In this document: positions 1-9,598 of the stretch, in pieces
Numbering within the stretch: position 1 is the stretch's first letter
How the letters are laid out: every line of letters starts with the position of its first letter
Assembly (NCBI GenBank): GCA_964355105.1
Contig: CAYHCO010000011.1
Location: forward strand, 16,636 to 80,635
DNA length: 64,000 nt
Direction of reading: 5' to 3'
DNA from: an uncultured Porphyromonadaceae bacterium
GTDB taxonomy: Bacteria > Bacteroidota > Bacteroidia > Bacteroidales > UBA12481
Translations under genes and position numbers: made by a program
The notes under the pieces: generated by a model
The model's database searches: none
Seen by the model: only the letters and a program-made list of their open reading frames with translations
What the model was told of the DNA's origin: nothing

Positions 1-929
1 GGTGGCTGTTGATCCCTTGCCGGGAATTTATACGTGATAATGGATGCAGTGGGGAATGTATCGTATTTAACTTCCGGAAGCAAGTTAGAAGTGCTGGCGA
101 TCACACTGTCAGGGCTTCCTAGATCCAATGCCCAAAATGCCGGGTCAAGGGTATGGCACCCAAAATCGCCCAATGCACCGCAACCGAAATCGATAAACCC
201 ACGCCATTTCATCGGAAGGTAATCAGGCTGGTAGGGCCTGTCCATCGCGGGTCCGAGCCATAGATTCCAGTCGAGGTGCCGGGGAATTCTGTAATCTCCG
301 GTTGGCCTGGCGATACCGTGGGGGAACGAAACGGAGCCGCCACCGGCTGGCCGGTCGCACCAGGCATGAACTTCGGTGACCTTGCCAATGGTTTCTGCCT
401 TGATATGCTCATAAAACTGGCGGATGCTTTCCCACGAATGACCCTGGTTCCCCATCTGGGTTTGAACACCATATTCCTTTGCCAGCCTGGTTATTTCCCG
501 GACCTCAAAAACAGAGTGTGCGAGTGGCTTTTCACAATACACATGCTTGCCCATTTTTATGGCCATCGTGGCTATCACGGCATGGTTATGGTCGGGGGTG
601 GATATAACGACCGCATCGATATCTTTCTGCTTTTCGAGCATCACCCTGAAATCCTTGTACTTTTTGGCATTGGGATGAGCATCGAAGGATTTTTGCTGCC
701 GCTCTCTCCAGTCTACATCACACAAGGCAACGACATTCTGGTCTTTTAATGCCTTCAAATTACTGCCTCCTCTCCCGGCAATCCCTACAAATGCAATATT
801 CAGTTTATCAGAAGGCCATACCACTTTTTCATTTTTCTTTTCGCCCGGCGCACAGGCAGCTGTTCCGAGCACCAGGGCTCCCATTGATCCTATGGAAATC
901 GTTTTTGTGAATTCTCTTCTGGATGTCAT
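1..929 (-). CDS. Gfo/Idh/MocA-family oxidoreductase with twin-arginine signal (partial, 3' end off window)
   Basis: Absent from the ORF track because it has no stop in the window. My manual minus-strand translation from ATG 927-929 stays open to position 1: MTSRREFTKTISIGSMGALVLGTAACAP (SRREF Tat motif), NIAFVGIAGRGGSN (Rossmann loop), VISTPDHNHA, YCEKPLAH (EKP motif). Confidence 0.8.
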   Translation of the reverse strand, partial: MTSRREFTKTISIGSMGALVLGTAACAPGEKKNEKVVWPSDKLNIAFVGIAGRGGSNLKALKDQNVVALCDVDWRERQQKSFDAHPNAKKYKDFRVMLEKQKDIDAVVISTPDHNHAVIATMAIKMGKHVYCEKPLAHSVFEVREITRLAKEYGVQTQMGNQGHSWESIRQFYEHIKAETIGKVTEVHAWCDRPAGGGSVSFPHGIARPTGDYRIPRHLDWNLWLGPAMDRPYQPDYLPMKWRGFIDFGCGALGDFGCHTLDPAFWALDLGSPDSVIASTSNLLPEVKYDTFPTASIITYKFPARDQQP

Positions 930-1186
930 GTTTTGGTTTTTAGTTTATCGGGTTCAAGATAGTACACGTATCGGATATGTGTATGTATCAGATTGGTTGG
1001 ATTGGGTACTAACTTGTTCTGGTTTGGCGGATTTTTTCATGGAGTATGTTGATATTATTGATGTTGAAAATCCGATCCCCGACAGCAGGGGGGTGCGCTC
1101 GAAGGAATGATACCAGAAGAAACAAACCTTGCCAAAGACCCAAAATATAAAGCAATCAGGGATCAAATGGCGGCGAAGTATGATTA

Positions 1187-2485
1187 CTATCTCAGCCCCA
1201 GCAGTTTCACCTCCTGCAGGCACATGGCATACTTGCTGCCTTCCGGCCGGGATTGGATGTCCACCTTACCCCAACCGGCGGCGAAGTTGGCCGAATAACA
1301 CAGCCACATCGTGCGTCCGTCCTCACTGATAAACTTGGAGGGGATGTTGACGAAATATGCCTGCTGGCCGAAGTGCTTCATATAGGTAACCAGCTTCCAT
1401 GGTCCGGTGACATGGTCAGATTCCAGGATATAGGTATTGAAATAATCCACCGTGTTGCCGCCGTCGGTCACACACATGAGGTACTTTTTCAGAGGCGCAT
1501 TGTAGGTCATGGTCACGCATCCCATGTTGTCCTTCCAGCTGACCAACGGTTTGATTTCCCTGAAGTCGCGACTCCATATTGGCTTGCCCGATGCGTCGGG
1601 GCCGGACAAGAACTCGTAACTGGAGACGTCGTTGATGGTTTCGATACCGGGTGTCACTCGCACCAGATAGATTTCATCGCCGGTCATCCAGCTGTTATAG
1701 GCGAATCGGCGGCCTTCGGGTCCGACCGATGCGCCATGACCAGTCAGATAGGCCTTGCCGTCGGGTGAATGTTCCATGTTTTTGCCGAAGTCCACAAAAT
1801 GGGGTGCACCGATTTTCACCGGTTCGCCTTTCAAGGCGGATTCGCCAAAAAGCGGCTTGGCCGGCGTGCACGGGGTCTCGTTCCAGGTCTTGCCAAAATC
1901 TGTTGACCACCGGAAGCCTGGGATCGGGCCGAGCCATGGCCAGTTATAAGGGATTCCATCCCGGATTTCCCGCCACGAAGGATGCAGGCAATAGGTGCCG
2001 TAATACCATACGCCGTTATAAACCAGGCTGCCACATGGATAGCGGCCTTCGTAAGGGCGGGGACTACTCTTGAAGACGCCCTCGTTGATCACGGATAGTT
2101 TGAGCGGATCATCGCCAATGATGGTAGCATGACCGGTTGCCGCGTTGTCACCGCCCGAGCCGGACGACAGGCCATTGACAGTGCCATCGGTCCAGGGAGA
2201 ATACAAATTGCCATCAGACGCCCACGACGGATACCAGGTGTCGGCCTCGGTGTATTCGGCATGTCGCCCGGTGAACTCAATGCCAGTAATAGACGCCGAG
2301 GGTTTAAACGGACAATCGGCCGGCGGCTCTGAACGCCACTGGCCGGCTGGGATGCTCTTTTTCGATACCTGTGTGTCGGGTCTTGCCCCCTCCCATTTCA
2401 CGGGAGGTGCCGAGGCAAGAAGAGTGACTGTCAGGGCGACCAGGCTAGCTGCCCTCAACAAGTGGATGAAATTCTTTTTTTTCAT
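1187..2485 (-). CDS. Secreted uncharacterized protein, probable glycoside-hydrolase-like; paralog of 8289..9593
   Basis: 432-aa ORF with an N-terminal signal peptide. Shares motifs with 8289..9593: ADCPFKPS, DTWYPSWASDGNLYSPWTDG, YPCGSLVYNGVWYYGTYC, HFVDFGKNMEHSPDGKAYL. Embedded in the CAZyme/sulfatase array. Confidence 0.6.
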   Translation of the reverse strand: MKKKNFIHLLRAASLVALTVTLLASAPPVKWEGARPDTQVSKKSIPAGQWRSEPPADCPFKPSASITGIEFTGRHAEYTEADTWYPSWASDGNLYSPWTDGTVNGLSSGSGGDNAATGHATIIGDDPLKLSVINEGVFKSSPRPYEGRYPCGSLVYNGVWYYGTYCLHPSWREIRDGIPYNWPWLGPIPGFRWSTDFGKTWNETPCTPAKPLFGESALKGEPVKIGAPHFVDFGKNMEHSPDGKAYLTGHGASVGPEGRRFAYNSWMTGDEIYLVRVTPGIETINDVSSYEFLSGPDASGKPIWSRDFREIKPLVSWKDNMGCVTMTYNAPLKKYLMCVTDGGNTVDYFNTYILESDHVTGPWKLVTYMKHFGQQAYFVNIPSKFISEDGRTMWLCYSANFAAGWGKVDIQSRPEGSKYAMCLQEVKLLGLR

Positions 2486-2514
2486 CGGTATAATACCTTG
2501 GTTTTGAGGTATAG

Positions 2515-2593
2515 GAACAATTTAAAATTTAACTGAATACGTTTTTCCTGCGATACCGGTGCCTGTGAAATGACCTTTCCACCGCTGCGGACG
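2515..2593. repeat. Copy A of a ~80-bp direct repeat (partner at 5107..5187)
   Basis: Hand alignment gaacaatttaaaatttaactgaatacgtttttcctgcgataccggtgcctgtgaaatgacctttccaccgctgcggacg versus copy B shows 2 substitutions and 2 single-base indels. Confidence 0.85.
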
Positions 2594-2885
2594 CACTTGT
2601 GCCGCCATCGGTGGACACCTGCACACGGGCCTCGAACTTCAGCCCGGGTTCATCCCAGCCCGAGCTCCAGTTTTCATGTCCTGCCCGGGGTGGGAGCTGG
2701 CCTGCCATCTGCAGGATGCCCTTGCCGGTCACCTGAGACTGTATGCCCGGACTCTGGTACCAAAGCAGGGTTGAAGGATCAAAGCTTCTGCTATATATAT
2801 CATTCGAAAGATCGGAAAGCTGTCCGAACAGGTGGGCAAATGAACACGTCAGGATGCCAACTGTCAGCAATAGAGCTCTGTACAT
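2529..2885 (-). CDS. Small secreted hypothetical protein; its 3' end is a frameshifted copy of the 3' end of 5115..7064 (possible pseudogene or fusion)
   Basis: 118-aa ORF with a signal peptide (MYRALLLTVGILTCSFAHLFGQ). Its last ~17 codons lie in repeat copy A but are read out of frame relative to the donor, because of a 1-nt deletion in gtgaaa-tgacc. Confidence 0.4.
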   Translation of the reverse strand: MYRALLLTVGILTCSFAHLFGQLSDLSNDIYSRSFDPSTLLWYQSPGIQSQVTGKGILQMAGQLPPRAGHENWSSGWDEPGLKFEARVQVSTDGGTSASAAVERSFHRHRYRRKNVFS

Positions 2886-2903
2886 TATATTTTAATCTCT
2901 CGG

Positions 2904-5078
2904 TTACCTGATAATTATTTTTTCAGTTTTTCTGCCAGATTCATTTGAAATAACCAGAAAGTACAATCCGGCAGGTTGTTCAAGCTTGATCTCCTCATTA
3001 TGGGTAAAACAACTGGCAATATGGTTAGTGTACACAGTTACACCCAAAGTATTGCAAATTGAAATACTGTAAGGTTGCATTTTATCAGAGCTCAGCCTCA
3101 ATGAAAATTCTCCGGTATTGGGATTCGGATATATTTTAAATGAAGCGTCCATCCGGGAGCTTTGAATACCGTTAGTTAATCCATTATTATATATATGGTT
3201 GAGATTGTTCCAGTATTTGACCTGGTATTTCCTGTTCGGGCCTCCACTAGGAAATTCTGAAGTCTCCCAATTGGCATTTATGCGGTATTTAAACTCAATG
3301 TTCCCGCCGATCTTCATATCATTGACTGTAATTGAGTAAATTCCATCGCCGTCAGCATCAGTCAGAAAATCTGATCCCGACCATCCGTTAAAGTTTCCGG
3401 CAATATCAACCTTATCAGATCCCGGTATAAACTCGCCATTCACAATATGTTTCTTCATATCAACATTAAAAGTGACCGGGGCCTTGGTCGGGCCACCAGT
3501 TTCATCCAGGTTTATTCCAATCAGCAGGAGTTTATCAGTCGAAAATTCCGACTGGGTGCTTACCACGTAGATGTATGTGTATTCTAATTTTGATTTTGTT
3601 GTCAGGTCGCGGCCGATCCATATCCCCTGCGTTCCGGCTGTAGTACCGTTATCTCCCCAAATCTTTACGCAAGCCACATATTGCCCGGGTTCAAGAAATT
3701 CTGTTTCACCATCTTTACTTATTTCCAGGGTAACCCAGGTCCGCACCTTACTGGAGTCCATAGAAACTATTTCTGTTGACAACCATTCAGTATATGCAGC
3801 ATCTTCAGGGATATATTTGAGCAGTATATACTGAAATTGAGGATTTTCTGCAGCGGTAAAGCCTGTAATAAATGCAGTCAGGGAGTTTATTTCCGTCTGC
3901 TTATAAATATCATATTTCATACCCACCATATCCCCTGCCTGATTCGATCCTCCATATCCTCCGCTATTGGCTGCATCTTCATAAGAACGATCGGAACGAA
4001 GGTACAATGTGTCGTTAACGGTAAAACCATAGCTTGCCTTGTTGTTGGCAGGAAGTAGTTCCCCGTTGGTCACAGCATCAAAATTAACCTGGTAATCGCC
4101 ATAATCAACCGGGAGAAAGAGTCCTTCCGGAGAAAGCGTATCCCGGTCAAGCGTCCAGAGACCAGTTTTTTCAGAATTCAACGTTGATACTTCTTCCCCG
4201 TTTTTTAAAATCCGGATATTCAGATAGGCTTCATCCAGATCTTGCACTCCGACATTTTGCATGGCTCCGGTAAAACGATATTCCCCTATGGTACCCGAAA
4301 CAGGTGAAGGCGATCCGATCTGGCTCATTGGCAGATAATTGATGTGCCCAACCGGCTGATTGAAACCCCCATTCATTTCCGCCCAATAGTCCTGCAGGGC
4401 CAGGTCAACATCATATGCCTGAGTGAGCACCAGGTCGTCAATCATCCAATAGTAGTTTTCGGCATTTTTTATCTGGAACTTTATGCGCACGTCATTCATT
4501 CCTGCAGCTACATCAGAAATATTGATTTTAACAGACCTGTAATTTGGTGCAGTAATACTGTTATTGGGAGCTCCGAAAGTCATATCGTAAATTGCCCAGT
4601 GACTGCCTTTATCGTTGCTAACAGCCATATCAAGTGATATTGCTCCACAACAAAATCTGAAAAAATGGCTCATGTTCACAATAACCGAGGGTGCCCCGGA
4701 GCAATCAATGGATTCGGTGATTATATAGGCATCAACATCATTACCGGTAAAAATACCGTCAGCCATGTTGTAAGCCTGGATAGGCATCAGGAGAAAACCA
4801 TCCTTTGCGGTTTTAAAATGTGAAGGAGCAGCTAAAAACGATTTATTATTGTTGAATCTTAAAGTATCCTTTTGCCAGATCCAGTTAAACCCGAAGTCTG
4901 TTACTTCGCCTATTTCCCAACCATCCGGAAGGGTCCAGCCCCTTGATGATGCCGGGTCTTCCCAATTGAATGTTGTACTCCAGATTGTATCGCCTCCGGC
5001 CTTCAATATCTGGGAGTAAGAATTGTTCACCAGAAGAAAGGCCAGGATAATGGCGATGAAGAAATGTTTTGATTTCAT
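2904..5078 (-). CDS. T9SS-secreted protein with a CBM20-like carbohydrate-binding module and a C-terminal sorting domain
   Basis: Signal peptide MKSKHFFIAIILAFLLVNNSYSQ. CBM20-like segment VTFNVDM...DIAGNFNGWS...DGDGIYS...FKYRI. C-terminus FKIYPNPNTGEFSLRL...GLYFLVISNESGRKTEKIIIR matches the Por/T9SS type A sorting domain pattern. Confidence 0.8.
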   Translation of the reverse strand: MKSKHFFIAIILAFLLVNNSYSQILKAGGDTIWSTTFNWEDPASSRGWTLPDGWEIGEVTDFGFNWIWQKDTLRFNNNKSFLAAPSHFKTAKDGFLLMPIQAYNMADGIFTGNDVDAYIITESIDCSGAPSVIVNMSHFFRFCCGAISLDMAVSNDKGSHWAIYDMTFGAPNNSITAPNYRSVKINISDVAAGMNDVRIKFQIKNAENYYWMIDDLVLTQAYDVDLALQDYWAEMNGGFNQPVGHINYLPMSQIGSPSPVSGTIGEYRFTGAMQNVGVQDLDEAYLNIRILKNGEEVSTLNSEKTGLWTLDRDTLSPEGLFLPVDYGDYQVNFDAVTNGELLPANNKASYGFTVNDTLYLRSDRSYEDAANSGGYGGSNQAGDMVGMKYDIYKQTEINSLTAFITGFTAAENPQFQYILLKYIPEDAAYTEWLSTEIVSMDSSKVRTWVTLEISKDGETEFLEPGQYVACVKIWGDNGTTAGTQGIWIGRDLTTKSKLEYTYIYVVSTQSEFSTDKLLLIGINLDETGGPTKAPVTFNVDMKKHIVNGEFIPGSDKVDIAGNFNGWSGSDFLTDADGDGIYSITVNDMKIGGNIEFKYRINANWETSEFPSGGPNRKYQVKYWNNLNHIYNNGLTNGIQSSRMDASFKIYPNPNTGEFSLRLSSDKMQPYSISICNTLGVTVYTNHIASCFTHNEEIKLEQPAGLYFLVISNESGRKTEKIIIR

Positions 5079-5106
5079 GGTGTGTTATTAAATATTTAGA
5101 GTTACA

Positions 5107-5187
5107 GAACCAATTTAAAATTTAACTGTATACGTTTTTCCTGCGATACCGGTGCCTGTGAAAATGACCTTTCCACCGCTGCTGACG
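5107..5187. repeat. Copy B of the ~80-bp direct repeat (partner at 2515..2593)
   Basis: Covers the last ~24 codons plus the stop of 5115..7064 and 8 nt downstream. Near-identical to copy A. Confidence 0.85.
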
Positions 5188-7064
5188 GTGATCTTCTGCT
5201 TATCTCCAACACGCTCCACTTCCAGATCCCAGGCCTGGCCGAAAGCGCGCAGGTCGCGCATCGCCATCCTCGGCCATTCCTTGGGTAACCAGGGAGTGCA
5301 GGTAAAGGATTTCAAACCCGTTGGAACGATCCCGAACATACCTTCGGTGAATACCCGCGGATACAGCGATCCCGGGCATAACATATCAATGGCATCTTCA
5401 TCGGGATAGGGGCCCTGAACTCCGAAAACCTGGGTTTTCACCACACGCCGGGTCAAATCGAGAGCCTCTTCCGTGCGACCGGCCTTGAACAATACCCTGA
5501 GGGCATAGTAGGTCTCGCGTGCCCATTCCGTTGGCCGGGTCGATTCGGCCAGGATATCCAGACCATCCATCCTTCGTGGCCAGAGCTTGTCGGACAGCAA
5601 GGCGGCTATCGTTCCCTCCTGTCTTTCGTTGATGCCCATCGCGATCGGTAACAGTATCCATCCCCGAAGGGTGGTGTTCTCTTTAAAATACCGATATGTT
5701 TTATAGCCTTCTATTTCTGCACCGAAGTTGACCTCAATCGCCTTCCGGAGTGCATCGGCACGCTTATCAAAATCAATTTCAACCGATTTTTTCCCCAGGT
5801 CATGCGCCAGTCGCGCTGCCTGGCGATAACCGCTGTAAGCCAGGGAAGAGGTACTTAAGTTGGCATCTCCGGTAGGATATCTCCCTTCCATCTCGTCAGT
5901 CTCGGAAGCGATTATGCCTTCCTTCGTCAGATGTCCCTGAACAGATTGTGCGCTGAATTCGATGAGCGGCCACATCTCCGCTGTTGCCTTGGGATCGCCA
6001 AGGAACAAAAGGAATTTCGACAAGCCGTATAGCACCATGGCATCATCGCCGCGTTCCTGCTGGACAAGCTTCAACGAGGCATATTCGAACGAACCCGGGA
6101 ACGGACGAATCCCTTTCTCTTTGCAATATTCCATCCATATCCTGTACATGTTCAGGGAAGCATTGTTGAGCTGATCATTGCCAAAAAACGGGAATACCGG
6201 ACTGGAATATTCCACCGGGTCGTTGGCCCAGATACCCGGTGAGTATCTCAGACTACCGTTATGGGTAATGATCCCTTTCCAGGTCTCCGCCGGGCATTCC
6301 AGAATATGAAATTTCTGAAGCGCATAGGCGAGATCAAGAGCCGGGTCGGGCGTTTCCAGACGGCCCGGTCCCTGCCATGCCCATTTTGCCAGGTCGACAC
6401 GTGCCTGGTGTTCTTTGGCAACATCCGGCGCTTTGTCGGTGGCGGTTATCCCCCTGGCCTGGATGGATACGATGAAAGAGAGCTTTTCTCCCGCTGCTAC
6501 CGAAACCGGTTCAATGCCTGTGCAGGTGCGGACAACAACTATTTCTTCATCCGTGTATTTCACCTGCCGGGTTGCCGAAACCGACATCTTTACCGCTTTG
6601 TCGGATTGGTTCCGAACCTGCCACTCCTCAATGACCAGAGCATTCGTATTTGAAGGATAGATCGTGCGGCTGACCAGGATTCCCTTGTTTTCGGGATAGG
6701 TAAAATGGAGCATTCCATCAAAGGTGGCCGATACCGGAGATCCGGTTTTCAGGATAAGGCTGTTGATACGCAGTTCAGGGTCCGGTTCTGTTCCGGTCTC
6801 GATCATGATCTTGTTAAAATTATCGGGCTTCACATTAAAAAAACGGGAAGTATAAGTGAGTCCCCTGGTGAATGAGGATTGAAACTGCATCACCACCCGG
6901 AGTCCCTGCAAATTCATGACCAGTGCCTGATCCGGATCATTGCCTGTCCAGGTATGCGTGATGGTGCCTGCCTCATTCCTGACCCAGAAATCGGGCTTAT
7001 CCTGGCCCGCTGCCGCGAGGCATTGCGGTATTAGAAACATCAGGTAGAATAAAATATTTTTCAT
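5115..7064 (-). CDS. Secreted putative glycoside hydrolase (possibly an alpha/alpha-barrel type; family not recognised)
   Basis: 649-aa ORF with a signal peptide. Helix-rich central region (DPALDLAYALQKFHILE..., DDAMVLYGLSKFLLFLGDP...) and a C-terminal beta-rich tail. Sits in the CAZyme array. Confidence 0.55.
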   Translation of the reverse strand: MKNILFYLMFLIPQCLAAAGQDKPDFWVRNEAGTITHTWTGNDPDQALVMNLQGLRVVMQFQSSFTRGLTYTSRFFNVKPDNFNKIMIETGTEPDPELRINSLILKTGSPVSATFDGMLHFTYPENKGILVSRTIYPSNTNALVIEEWQVRNQSDKAVKMSVSATRQVKYTDEEIVVVRTCTGIEPVSVAAGEKLSFIVSIQARGITATDKAPDVAKEHQARVDLAKWAWQGPGRLETPDPALDLAYALQKFHILECPAETWKGIITHNGSLRYSPGIWANDPVEYSSPVFPFFGNDQLNNASLNMYRIWMEYCKEKGIRPFPGSFEYASLKLVQQERGDDAMVLYGLSKFLLFLGDPKATAEMWPLIEFSAQSVQGHLTKEGIIASETDEMEGRYPTGDANLSTSSLAYSGYRQAARLAHDLGKKSVEIDFDKRADALRKAIEVNFGAEIEGYKTYRYFKENTTLRGWILLPIAMGINERQEGTIAALLSDKLWPRRMDGLDILAESTRPTEWARETYYALRVLFKAGRTEEALDLTRRVVKTQVFGVQGPYPDEDAIDMLCPGSLYPRVFTEGMFGIVPTGLKSFTCTPWLPKEWPRMAMRDLRAFGQAWDLEVERVGDKQKITVSSGGKVIFTGTGIAGKTYTVKF

Positions 7065-7080
7065 GCTTCAGGTTCAGTAT

Positions 7081-8274
7081 TTATTTAACAATCATTTTGG
7101 GTAATTCAGTCCGTACTTGCGGTGTTTCGTTTTTTCTGAAAACAGGGAAGGCCTTATCCTGACTGGTTTCATATTTCTGTAAAAAATATCCCGTCCGGTT
7201 ATTGAATTCTTTTTTGCCGGTTTTATCAATTGTGAGCGCCCCAACAGAATAAAAACCTTTGGCTTTGCTGGAATCCGAAATAGTGACATTCTCAAGTGGC
7301 CTGTTGTTTTTGGTTTGCCAAAGAAATCCACCGTGAGGCATCATTTCAATTTCCTTAATTTCCATTTCGATTTTTTCTTTTGTGAACTTCATAACCAGGT
7401 AATTGATCCGTGTATTGTATCCGATAAGTCCACCATGGGCGACCTGCATGATGCCATCACGTTCGGTACAGGTAACGGCATGCACTTCTCCGCAGAGGTA
7501 GGCATCTACCTCATATTTTTTCATGAGTTGCCAGAAATCGGACTCCCTGCCTTCTTTAATATTTAATCCACTGCTGCTCCATTGACGAACGGGACCAAGC
7601 ACCGGGACATGCCCTATCAGGATTCGGTGGTCAACATCGGGATTCGAATTAAAAACCGATTCGACCCATTTTAACTGATCTCCCGTGACGCCAATTTTAA
7701 TAAACCCAAGCTCACTTTGCCCATCTTCAAACACATCAACCGATACAAAAAGCACGTTATTATAACGCCACCAGAATGCGGTGCCTTTCCTGTTATCCGG
7801 ACCATTCTGAGGCATTTTCAAGTTATCGGAAAAGGCTTTTCTGTAAAGCTCTACCGATTTGAACTTTTTTGCATCTCTCCAGGCATCATCACCGATGTCA
7901 TGATCCCCGACAGAGGTGTAAAATTTAAGTTTGTGATCGTTCATACGGTTAATCCAGTTGGAATAATAGCGTTGGGAGTACTTTTTAATCGTATCCGCGT
8001 CATTCCCGGCCTTATTGTCCCAGTGGCCCATCACAAGATCCCCGGCGACAATCACAAATTCAGGATTTTCTTTTTTTACAGAATTTAAAATATACTTAAG
8101 TGCGTCTTCCCATCCCTTTTGCGGATAATCGCAGTCGACATTCAGAAAGTCGGGAATGCTGACTATAGTCCAGGGCTTTTTGGATTTATTTATTTCACCT
8201 CCATAGCATGCGGAAAAGTGTGGAGTACCGTTCAGCAGAAAGAAGAGGGCAACTATTTTAACGAGCGATTTCAT
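7081..8274 (-). CDS. Calcineurin-like metallophosphoesterase, secreted
   Basis: Motifs FVIVAGDLVMGHW, SVGDHDIGDD, LIGHVPV and CGEVHA match the metallophosphoesterase signature D-x-H/GD/GNH(D/E)/GH. Signal peptide present. Confidence 0.8.
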   Translation of the reverse strand: MKSLVKIVALFFLLNGTPHFSACYGGEINKSKKPWTIVSIPDFLNVDCDYPQKGWEDALKYILNSVKKENPEFVIVAGDLVMGHWDNKAGNDADTIKKYSQRYYSNWINRMNDHKLKFYTSVGDHDIGDDAWRDAKKFKSVELYRKAFSDNLKMPQNGPDNRKGTAFWWRYNNVLFVSVDVFEDGQSELGFIKIGVTGDQLKWVESVFNSNPDVDHRILIGHVPVLGPVRQWSSSGLNIKEGRESDFWQLMKKYEVDAYLCGEVHAVTCTERDGIMQVAHGGLIGYNTRINYLVMKFTKEKIEMEIKEIEMMPHGGFLWQTKNNRPLENVTISDSSKAKGFYSVGALTIDKTGKKEFNNRTGYFLQKYETSQDKAFPVFRKNETPQVRTELPKMIVK

Positions 8275-8288
8275 TTGTTTATCAAGGG

Positions 8289-9593
8289 TTACTTTTTATC
8301 CGGTTTTTTTAAAAATTGTATTTTCTGAAACACAATACCGTAGTGACTTCCCGGAGGGTTCACTTTATGAGGCTTATCATTTTCATCCAGGGAGAAATTT
8401 GCGGTATAGAGCAACCACACCGTTTCTCCGTCCTGACTGATAAATTTTGTGGGTATGTTGACAAAGTACGCCTGGGTACCAAAGTCTTTCATGTAGGTGA
8501 TAATTTTCCAGTCGCCATCAATCTTATCAGATTCAAGCAGATAAGTATTCATTCTGGATTTCGTTGTTCCCCCGTCGGTCACACACATGATATATTTCTT
8601 CAATCCGGGATTGTAGGTGACGGTGACACATCCCATATTGTTGTCCCACTCCAGTAAAGGCTTGATATCCTGAAAATTATTGGTCCAGATGGGTTTTCCG
8701 TTCTTGTCCTTGCCGGCATAGAACTCATATTTTGAAGCATCATTGATGTTTTCAATACTTGGAGTCACCCTTAAAAGATAAATCTGATCTCCATTGATCC
8801 AACTGTTATTCCACATCCTCCAGTTTTTTACCGTTGTGGACAGATCAGCCCCGTGCGCCACCAGATAGGCTTTGCCATCAGGGGAATGTTCCATGTTTTT
8901 GCCGAAATCGACAAACTTGGGTGCACCGACCTTGAGCGGATTACCATACATTCCATTTTCTCCGAAAAGGGGTTTTTCCGGTGTATGAGGTGGGGGAGTC
9001 CAGCTATGTCCGTAATTGGTTGAATAACGGAACCCGACGAAAGGACCCAGCCAGGGCCAGTTCAGCGAAACGCCGCCGTAGAAGGTATCGCCGTACGGAC
9101 TCAGACAATAGGTTCCGTAGTACCAAACTCCATTATAAACCAGTGAGCCGCATGGGTAGCGGCCATCATACGGCGCTGCAGGTGAGCTTTTATCCAGACC
9201 GATACTGTAAGCTTTCAGGGTCATCGGGTCATCGCCGACAATAACTCCCTGACCTGTAGTTATATGTACCTTATCAACCCAGGATTGCGACCAGTCGGTA
9301 TAGCCATCCAGCCTTTTTGTCTTGCCGTCGGTCCAGGGAGAATACAATGTATCATTGGATGCCCAGCTTGGATACCAGGTGTCACCGTAATGAAATCCGC
9401 TTTTATAACCCAGAAATTTTATTCCAGTGAATGATTCCGAGGGTTTGAACGGACAATCGGCCGGGATTTCCGATGGCCAGATAAATGGGTCAAAACGTAA
9501 AATATCGGGCCGCAGATCTGCGATTTGTGAGTTCCCCGCCACCCATGAACAGAGCGTAAAGGCGAGAAAACTGATCTTATGACGCGTATTCAT
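8289..9593 (-). CDS. Secreted uncharacterized protein, paralog of 1187..2485
   Basis: 434 aa, collinear with 1187..2485 (ADCPFKPSESFTGIKF, DTWYPSWASNDTLYSPWTDG, YPCGSLVYNGVWYYGTYC, FVDFGKNMEHSPDGKAYL). Confidence 0.6.
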   Translation of the reverse strand: MNTRHKISFLAFTLCSWVAGNSQIADLRPDILRFDPFIWPSEIPADCPFKPSESFTGIKFLGYKSGFHYGDTWYPSWASNDTLYSPWTDGKTKRLDGYTDWSQSWVDKVHITTGQGVIVGDDPMTLKAYSIGLDKSSPAAPYDGRYPCGSLVYNGVWYYGTYCLSPYGDTFYGGVSLNWPWLGPFVGFRYSTNYGHSWTPPPHTPEKPLFGENGMYGNPLKVGAPKFVDFGKNMEHSPDGKAYLVAHGADLSTTVKNWRMWNNSWINGDQIYLLRVTPSIENINDASKYEFYAGKDKNGKPIWTNNFQDIKPLLEWDNNMGCVTVTYNPGLKKYIMCVTDGGTTKSRMNTYLLESDKIDGDWKIITYMKDFGTQAYFVNIPTKFISQDGETVWLLYTANFSLDENDKPHKVNPPGSHYGIVFQKIQFLKKPDKK

Positions 9594-9598
9594 ATTTT

